From Synergistales bacterium (GTDB lineage Bacteria > Synergistota > Synergistia > Synergistales > JAFGMB01), in assembly GCA_963666205.1 (NCBI GenBank), contig OY762654.1:1344001-1408000 (forward strand): a stretch of 64,000 bases of DNA, in the 5' to 3' direction. The notes under the pieces were generated by a model that was not told the origin of the DNA, searched no databases, and saw only the letters and a list, made by a program, of their open reading frames with translations. A program made the translations under genes and the position numbers. This document shows positions 57,823 to 64,000 of this stretch, piece after piece (the stretch's first letter is position 1; each line of letters starts with the position of its first letter).

Positions 57823-57998
57823 AACCGCGGTAAAGTCCTTTTTTACCAGGTACTGCCCCATTAAAAAGGAACGCATTCGGGTCTGCGGAATTCCAACCAT
57901 GTTGGCGGCAATTATGACCCGGTTTTTCTGAGAATATACCAGATGTATATCGAAAAGATGTGAATTGGAAATTAGAAAACCACATTACTCAAAGGCAG

Positions 57999-58050
57999 CA
58001 TTGCATACATACGGTTAAAATCAAGGTCTGACCCCATTATTGTTTGTGTA
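57999..58050 (+). repeat. Repeat family A, copy 3 (core 58002-58035)
   Basis: Identical 34-bp core plus ATTATTG; core ends 32 bp from the rhuM stop. Confidence 0.95.
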
Positions 58051-58067
58051 ACCTGATCTCTATTCTG

Positions 58068-59123
58068 CTAGATTTTTTTCGATTTTTCCCCAACAACCTG
58101 AATATCTTTTAACGCCTTATCAAAATCATTTTCGAAAAGATGATCCTGGACTATTCTGTATTTTTCAAACTCGCTTTCGGCAAAGTTTTTTGCCATCTCA
58201 GCAGAAATTTGCCCACTATCCTTCAAGATATCTCTATCAGTAAATTCAATAAACATATCCAGTCGTTTCGACCAGTCTTCCATAGTCATAGGGATCCTGC
58301 GTCTGGCACGCTCCTCCGCCAGATCAAGGTAGGCATTTACAATTCTGCCAAGAGCTCCCAGTTCTTCTTTCGTTAAATAGTTCTTAGCAATAGAAACATC
58401 ACTTTTCAGGATCTTTCCATCGGGGCCATTCTTCCATGAAGTCAATCCCATATTTTCCTTGCTGCTATCAGAACGCTTCGTGATAAGTTCTGCAGCGGTG
58501 TGACCATGAATAGCAAAATGAAGTTTGTTCTGAACCTTGGCAAAAAAGGCTCTGGTTGTGGGTGCATCCCTGTTGTAGTCAATACTGGTAGAATATATAT
58601 CGGTAATTTTCTGATAAAAACGTCTCTCGCTCAGTCGGATCTCCCGGATCTCTTCAAGAAGATGCTCAAAATAATCTTCCCCCAGGAAAGAACCATTTTC
58701 CATCCTTTTTTTATCAAGGACATAACCCTTGATAGCAAATTCTTTGAGAACCTGGGTAGCCCACTGGCGGAACTGTGTCGCTCTAATGGAATTGACCCTG
58801 TAGCCTACAGATATGATGGCATCCAGGTTATAGAACTGGGTTAAATATTCCTTCCCATCAGAAGCAGTATTCCGGAATTTCCGGATAACTGATTCGGCTT
58901 TTAATTCAGAGCTTTGAAAAATATTTTTAAGATGTTCACTCACAGTTCTTACATCAACATCAAAAAGCTCTGCCATAAGCTTTTGTGATAACCATATTGT
59001 GTCATCCTCATACCTGGCTTCTATGCTTGTTTCACCGCTCTGAGCAGTAAATATCAGAAATTCCGATGTGGAGTTCCGGATCATCTGCCTTTGACCTTTC
59101 ATATGGTTTCCCAGTGAGAACAC
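58068..59123 (-). CDS. RhuM-family (virulence RhuM) protein
   Basis: IWLSQKLMAELF, YNLDAIISVGYRVNS.RATQFRQWA, IREIRLSERRFYQK, AKNYL; probable start ATG near 59102. Confidence 0.92.
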   Translation of the reverse strand: MFSLGNHMKGQRQMIRNSTSEFLIFTAQSGETSIEARYEDDTIWLSQKLMAELFDVDVRTVSEHLKNIFQSSELKAESVIRKFRNTASDGKEYLTQFYNLDAIISVGYRVNSIRATQFRQWATQVLKEFAIKGYVLDKKRMENGSFLGEDYFEHLLEEIREIRLSERRFYQKITDIYSTSIDYNRDAPTTRAFFAKVQNKLHFAIHGHTAAELITKRSDSSKENMGLTSWKNGPDGKILKSDVSIAKNYLTKEELGALGRIVNAYLDLAEERARRRIPMTMEDWSKRLDMFIEFTDRDILKDSGQISAEMAKNFAESEFEKYRIVQDHLFENDFDKALKDIQVVGEKSKKI

Positions 59124-59360
59124 CCCCTGTATTTCCGATCTATGCTCATAAAATCATAGCTTTTCCATAGAAAGCTGCTAACAGGACCTCTAATTCAAAC
59201 AAGTCTGATCTAACAAATAAAGGCTGCCTCTCCATATAAATACTATTTGTATATATTTTAGCATTTAGATCTGGAATGGAAAACAGCGTTGTTTTTGTAC
59301 CAATGCTCCCCGAAATGATAAGTTCTGATGCAAACCTGCCCCACTAAATAAAAAGAGAAC

Positions 59361-59410
59361 TGCATACATACGGTTAAAATCAAGGTCTGACCCCATTATT
59401 GGTAATGTCA
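59361..59410 (+). repeat. Repeat family A, copy 4 (core 59361-59394)
   Basis: Identical 34-bp core plus ATTATTG; 41-bp exact match to copy 3. Confidence 0.95.
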
Positions 59411-59412
59411 GG

Positions 59413-59486
59413 AAAAAACGGAGGGGCATCGGGGCCGGATTGTTCTGGCGAACCAGATAACGCCCCCCGGAGCCATACCTCCATCT
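59413..59486 (-). repeat. Hairpin family B, long form, adjacent to repeat A copy 4
   Basis: TCTGGCGAACCAGA 59444-59457; GAGCCATACCTCCATCT 59470-59486; outer GGAGG/CCTCC stem. Confidence 0.7.
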
Positions 59487-59829
59487 CTTCTTTATCGTAG
59501 TCCTTTTCAGGTTTTCAAGGGCTGCTATTATCTGCGATTTTAATAGCAGGCATCATCATCCACTTCTATCTTTCGGGTTCAGAAATCCCAGATTCGTATT
59601 GTCAAAAAGCAAAGTTTGTTCTATGATTACTGGCACATTCTTGGACTCTGAATATTAAAAATATTTCAGCTTTAATATTCCATGTTATAATTTTCGTTCA
59701 CTGCGAACCTTAAATCTCAGGGTATTTTCTGGATTCTCGAAATTTGTTTTTTGAACCATCCCTATTAATCAAATGAATTATCCAGTTTTTGAAATTAAAA
59801 ATATAACGATGTGAAAGGAGTGTTATGTT

Positions 59830-60837
59830 ATGAGAAGAAATAAGTTTTTCCAGATAGTCCTTGTAAGTGCTCTTGCCATTCTTTTTTGCTCAGGCAGCGC
59901 TTTTGCCGTCACATTTATGAGCATGGGTACAGGTTCTACCGGTGGAACCTTCTATCCAGTTGGAGTTATTCTTTCTAATGTATTCAATGAAGAACTTCAG
60001 CCCGAAGGATATAAATTCAGCGCCCAGGCCTCTGGAGGAAGCACTGAAAACCTGGAAATGCTCCGTAACAAGGAGATCAAGCTGGCAGTATGCGGAAGTG
60101 TTCCGGCAGCTAACGCCTATCAGGGTGTTGATAAATACGAAGGCAAAGAGATAAAGAACATCCGTTTTGTCACCGCCCTATGGCCGGAAGCAGTTCAGCT
60201 GATGTACAGGAAAGATTCCGGCATCAAGACCCTGGCTGATTTCAAGGGCAAAAAAGTCTCCGTAGGTCCGGCTGCAGGCGGGGGTGTTTTCTATTTACCC
60301 ACTATCCTCAAGGAATATAATGGCATGACCTTCGATGATTTTGACGCTCAGTACCTGGGTTATGGCGATTCTGTACAGGCGCTCCAGAATGGGCTCATTG
60401 ACGCATGTTATCTGTCTTCAGGATTGCCGACTTCAGCAGTTTCCCAGCTCTATGCCGGACAGGTGGATGTGGGAATGGTCGAATTCACCGATGAGGAAAT
60501 GAAGCGTATTGTCGAGGCAGCCCCCTACTTTACTCCATTGGTTATTCCCGAAAACATGTATTCAAAGCAGGATAAGCCTCTGCATACCCTTGCTATGAAA
60601 TCTTCACTTATCTGTGATCAGGACATTGACGACGAGGTTATCTACAAAATGCTCGATTCCCTGTATCTCAAACATATTGAGGAAGTAAGGGGACAGCACG
60701 GCTCCCTGAAACTTGTGACCCTGGATGAAGCTGTTAAGGGTCTGACCGGGGTACCTATGCATCCCGGTGCTGTAAAATTCTATAGAGAACAGGGCATTAC
60801 CGTTCCTGATCGTCTCCTTCCTCCGGAAATGAAATAA
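59830..60837 (+). CDS. TAXI-family TRAP substrate-binding protein
   Basis: MGTGSTGGTFYP, ASGGSTEN, GKKVSVG, PMHPGAVKFYRE. Confidence 0.92.
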   Translation: MRRNKFFQIVLVSALAILFCSGSAFAVTFMSMGTGSTGGTFYPVGVILSNVFNEELQPEGYKFSAQASGGSTENLEMLRNKEIKLAVCGSVPAANAYQGVDKYEGKEIKNIRFVTALWPEAVQLMYRKDSGIKTLADFKGKKVSVGPAAGGGVFYLPTILKEYNGMTFDDFDAQYLGYGDSVQALQNGLIDACYLSSGLPTSAVSQLYAGQVDVGMVEFTDEEMKRIVEAAPYFTPLVIPENMYSKQDKPLHTLAMKSSLICDQDIDDEVIYKMLDSLYLKHIEEVRGQHGSLKLVTLDEAVKGLTGVPMHPGAVKFYREQGITVPDRLLPPEMK

Positions 60838-60856
60838 ACCAGCTATTCGAATATCA

Positions 60857-60898
60857 GCAAAAAAGCAGGTGCATATTGTCTTGTGCCTGCTTTTTTGC
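60857..60898 (+). terminator. Intercistronic hairpin after the TAXI gene
   Basis: GCAAAAAAGCAGGTGCA...TGTGCCTGCTTTTTTGC. Confidence 0.65.
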
Positions 60899-60910
60899 AT
60901 AACGGGAGAG

Positions 60911-62797
60911 ATGTCAATGTTGGATAATTCCTCTGGAAAACTCACTCAAGTATCATTCAGGAATTTTTTTCTTATTTTTACAGTTGCAGTATCGTTAATT
61001 CACATTTATTACAACAGTTTCGGCCTTATAGAAGTAGTACCCAAAAACATGATCCACGTTTCTTTAATGATGGGCATCGTATTTTTAACCAAAAGGGCAC
61101 GAACAGGTTCTACGTCCGAGTTGCCCTCATTTTTTGACTGGATATTATTTGCTCTCTCCATAGCTGTTGGAGCCCACCTTCTGGTCTCATATGACAGATG
61201 GGTTCATACCCTTTTGACTCCCAACACCATGGATAGAATATACAGCGTGATCTTTATCCTTCTGGTCATAGAGGCTGCCAGACGTACAACAGGCTGGGTC
61301 CTAACCTCAATTGGTGTCACATTCCTGGCATACACATACCTGGGCCCATGGTGTCCGGGAGCTTTTGCCCATGCAGGTTTTTCATTTAGCAGGATCATGG
61401 TAAGGATGACTATGACCTCCGAGGGTATTCTAGGAGTAGCGGCAATGGTATCGGCATCATATATATTCATGTTCATACTCTTCGCCAGTTTCCTTAAGGC
61501 CACAAAGGCCTCGGAATTTTTTAATGATCTTGCCTCCGCTTTAACCGGAGGTACCCGTGGAGGTCCGGCAAAAGCTTCCATTTTTGCAAGTGCACTTACC
61601 GGAACCATTTCCGGGAGCTCCCAGGCAAATGTGGCCACTACGGGTTCCTTTACGATCCCTCTAATGATACACACTGGTTACAAACCCTATTTTGCAGCAG
61701 CGGTCGAGGCAATAGCCTCAACTGGAGGTGTACTCATGCCTCCGATCATGGGTGCAGCGGCTTTTATCATGAGTTCCTACCTGGGTATCTCCTATAACAA
61801 GATAATGCTCGCCGGGATCACCCCCGCGTTACTTTATTACTGGACCCTTTTCCATATGGTCGATCTCGGAGCGGTAAGATGGAAACTGGCAGGTATGCCG
61901 AAGGACCAGCTTCCTGACCTCAAAAAGGTCATGAAACAGAGGGGACACCTTCTTGCGCCCCTCATCCTCATAATAGCCTTTCTGGTAATAGGCTACAGCC
62001 CCCTGTTTGCGGCTTTCATGGGGATCATAAGCGTCATAGTGGTTTCTTTTTTAAGGAAGGAAACAAGGCTTACGATTCCCAAAATGATCGAAGCACTTTC
62101 TGAGGGAGCTGTAAACGGGGCAACCATAGCCATAATATGCGCGGTAATAGGATTTGTAATAGCATCCGTTGGCATGACCGGTATAGGCCAGACCATAGGA
62201 AACAACATCGTAAAGTGGTCGGGCAGCCAGGTATGGCTTACTGGAATACTGTGTATGATAACTGCTATCGTTCTCGGTATGGGACTTCCAGGTCCTGCAT
62301 GTTACATAATCACAGCGACAGTTGCCGCCCCAGCCCTTGTCAAAATAGGCATTCCCCAGCTTGGTGCCCATTTCTTTGCCTTTTATTTCGGGACCATGTC
62401 CTCAGTTATTCCGCCGGTGGCCCTGACATCCTTTACAGCTGCCGCCATTGCCCGATGTAACCCAACAAAAGTGGCTTTTACAGGATTGTTCATAGGGACA
62501 GCCGGTTTTATTATCCCCTTTATGTGGCTCTATAATCCCATCATTCTAGCTGAGTCCTTCAGCTGGGGCAGGTATGCCTGGGTTGTCTCAACTGCCATGG
62601 TAGGCCTTTATTCACTTGCCCACACCATAATAGGTTACGGGTTCGCAAAACTGTTCTTTTATGAAAGGATCATTCTGGGCGCAGCGGCATTGCTGCTTGT
62701 TTTCCCTCACCCTGTGACAAGGTCCATCGGCCTGGTGGTTTTTGCTTCAGGCTTTGCTGCTCATTACATCAGGACCAGGAAAAAAAGGCAAAAATGA
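60911..62797 (+). CDS. TRAP transporter 4TM/12TM fused permease
   Basis: GGPAKA, GTISGSS.ANV..TG.FTIPLM, EA.ASTGG.LMPPIMGAAAF; start moved to ATG 60911 behind GGGAGAG. Confidence 0.92.
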   Translation: MSMLDNSSGKLTQVSFRNFFLIFTVAVSLIHIYYNSFGLIEVVPKNMIHVSLMMGIVFLTKRARTGSTSELPSFFDWILFALSIAVGAHLLVSYDRWVHTLLTPNTMDRIYSVIFILLVIEAARRTTGWVLTSIGVTFLAYTYLGPWCPGAFAHAGFSFSRIMVRMTMTSEGILGVAAMVSASYIFMFILFASFLKATKASEFFNDLASALTGGTRGGPAKASIFASALTGTISGSSQANVATTGSFTIPLMIHTGYKPYFAAAVEAIASTGGVLMPPIMGAAAFIMSSYLGISYNKIMLAGITPALLYYWTLFHMVDLGAVRWKLAGMPKDQLPDLKKVMKQRGHLLAPLILIIAFLVIGYSPLFAAFMGIISVIVVSFLRKETRLTIPKMIEALSEGAVNGATIAIICAVIGFVIASVGMTGIGQTIGNNIVKWSGSQVWLTGILCMITAIVLGMGLPGPACYIITATVAAPALVKIGIPQLGAHFFAFYFGTMSSVIPPVALTSFTAAAIARCNPTKVAFTGLFIGTAGFIIPFMWLYNPIILAESFSWGRYAWVVSTAMVGLYSLAHTIIGYGFAKLFFYERIILGAAALLLVFPHPVTRSIGLVVFASGFAAHYIRTRKKRQK

Positions 62798-62845
62798 CAG
62801 AATAAGGTCAGGGAAGATAGCGAAGAGAGTAAAAAGAAGGTGTTT

Positions 62846-62880
62846 AAAAACCGGGGAGCCTTTTGAGGGCTCCCCGGTTT
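62846..62880. terminator. Bidirectional terminator between convergent genes
   Basis: AAACCGGGGAGCC...GGCTCCCCGGTTT. Confidence 0.8.
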
Positions 62881-62883
62881 CTG

Positions 62884-64000
62884 TTATCTCTTAACCTCAA
62901 AAATTCCTTCCTTCATTACATACCGTATCTTTGAAAGGTCCTGAAGAAGGGAAATATCCTCCAGAGGATTGCCTTCAACAGCTATGAGATCTGCCATCTT
63001 ACCTTCCTCCAGTGTCCCGATCTCCTTTTCAAGCCCTATACATTCAGCCGCGTATGAAGTTCCTGCCATTATAGCCTGCATAGGAGTAAGCCCTGCCTCA
63101 ACCATTGCATAAAATTCAAAAGCATTCTTTCCATGGTCGGCCAGCGGCATTCCGGCATCAGAACCCATAGCATACCTCACCCCGCCATCAAGGGCTCTCT
63201 TGAAACTCAGAAGACGTCTTTTCCTGCTCGCCAGAGCTTTCTGCTGAATATAATCAGGAAGGCCCGAAGTGTCTCCATTCTGCTCTATACGTTTACCATA
63301 GGAAAAGGTGGGAACAAGAAAAGTCCCGTTTTTAATCATTAATGCGATATCTTCATCGTCCAGGGTCGTGCCGTGTTCCAGGGTATCACAGCCAGCAGCC
63401 AGGGCGATCTTTACTCCCCTGGAACCATGGGCATGACATGAAACCGGGATCCCCTGGTTATGAGCCTCCTCAACAGCTACAGTAGCTTCTTCCAGACTTA
63501 GGGCATAGGCGTCGGGTGAAGAACTTTTACGGAAAGTTCTTCCACTGGTCAGAATCTTAATAACATCCACTCCCATTGCAAGGAGTGACCTGGTTGCTTT
63601 TCTCACCTCATCCGGGGAGTCCATTGTGAACCGCTCGTAAAAATTAACCTGGGGAGGATAGAGGGGATAATCGGCTCCTGTAGGAAGTATTCTGAATCCG
63701 CTCGCCAGAACTCTAGGCCCCCGGATAATATTCTGGTTAATTCCATCACGCACAGCAAGGTCTATCAGGTTGTCTGCACCAAGATCCCTTATGGTTGTAA
63801 AACCTGCCTCAAGAGTCATTTCAGCGTTTTTGAAAGCTTTAAGTGTCTTGAAAGGCACGCTTTCCTTAATGCCTGACAGTTCAGTGTCACCCTTTGTCAT
63901 GGCAATGTGGGTATGTGTATCAATAAGGCCGGGAAGAATAGTCATATCGGACATATCCAGAAATAGAGCATCTTCGGCTATTCCAGCTGACCTGTTTCCA
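62884..64000 (-). CDS. Metal-dependent amidohydrolase (Xaa-Pro dipeptidase-like), 5' end beyond the window
   Basis: LPGLIDTHTH, GFTTIRDLG, DVIK, HAHG, LEHG, GSDAG, GK.ADL...GNPLED; frame stays open to the window end. Confidence 0.88.
   Translation of the reverse strand, partial: GNRSAGIAEDALFLDMSDMTILPGLIDTHTHIAMTKGDTELSGIKESVPFKTLKAFKNAEMTLEAGFTTIRDLGADNLIDLAVRDGINQNIIRGPRVLASGFRILPTGADYPLYPPQVNFYERFTMDSPDEVRKATRSLLAMGVDVIKILTSGRTFRKSSSPDAYALSLEEATVAVEEAHNQGIPVSCHAHGSRGVKIALAAGCDTLEHGTTLDDEDIALMIKNGTFLVPTFSYGKRIEQNGDTSGLPDYIQQKALASRKRRLLSFKRALDGGVRYAMGSDAGMPLADHGKNAFEFYAMVEAGLTPMQAIMAGTSYAAECIGLEKEIGTLEEGKMADLIAVEGNPLEDISLLQDLSKIRYVMKEGIFEVKR

Noticed and set aside
29071-59394. Repeat A as a CRISPR array (34-bp identical repeats)
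   Set aside because: Copies are 1.4-24 kb apart with whole genes between them; there are no 30-40 bp spacers and no cas genes.
29071-59394. Repeat A as integron attC sites
   Set aside because: No RYYYAAC…GTTRRRY boundaries, no intI in the window, and cargo is not uniformly oriented.
44987-62797. The two TAXI and fused-permease pairs as a recent duplication
   Set aside because: They share only family motifs; the proteins are clearly divergent paralogues.

Overview
Bacterial chromosomal window, most likely Synergistota, inferred from a Synergist-CTERM-type sorting signal at the C-terminus of 16104-17591. It contains a complete alpha-glucan/trehalose operon (glgE, treS-mak fusion, glgB, glgX, treY, treZ; 1.6-15.6 kb). 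It also has three TRAP/TAXI uptake loci with catabolic enzymes, a 2932-aa cyclic beta-1,2-glucan synthase of foreign-looking composition, an AbiEi/AbiEii type IV toxin-antitoxin pair with an inverted-repeat operator, mprF, a PhrB-like photolyase and a RhuM-family gene. No rRNA, intact tRNA, CRISPR array, integrase or transposase was recognised. The main unexplained signal is a dispersed 34-bp sequence (TGCATACATACGGTTAAAATCAAGGTCTGACCCC). It has four identical, co-oriented intergenic copies plus one decayed copy, and it brackets accessory genes: rhuM; a betaine-binding protein, carnitine-acyltransferase and ACC-deaminase-like block; the glucan synthase 3' end; and the AbiE locus. Two further small hairpin families with compensatory base changes co-occur with it. 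A bacterial choline/carnitine O-acyltransferase coupled to an orphan betaine-type binding protein is the most unusual protein module. All family calls come from motif recognition by eye; no database searches were run.
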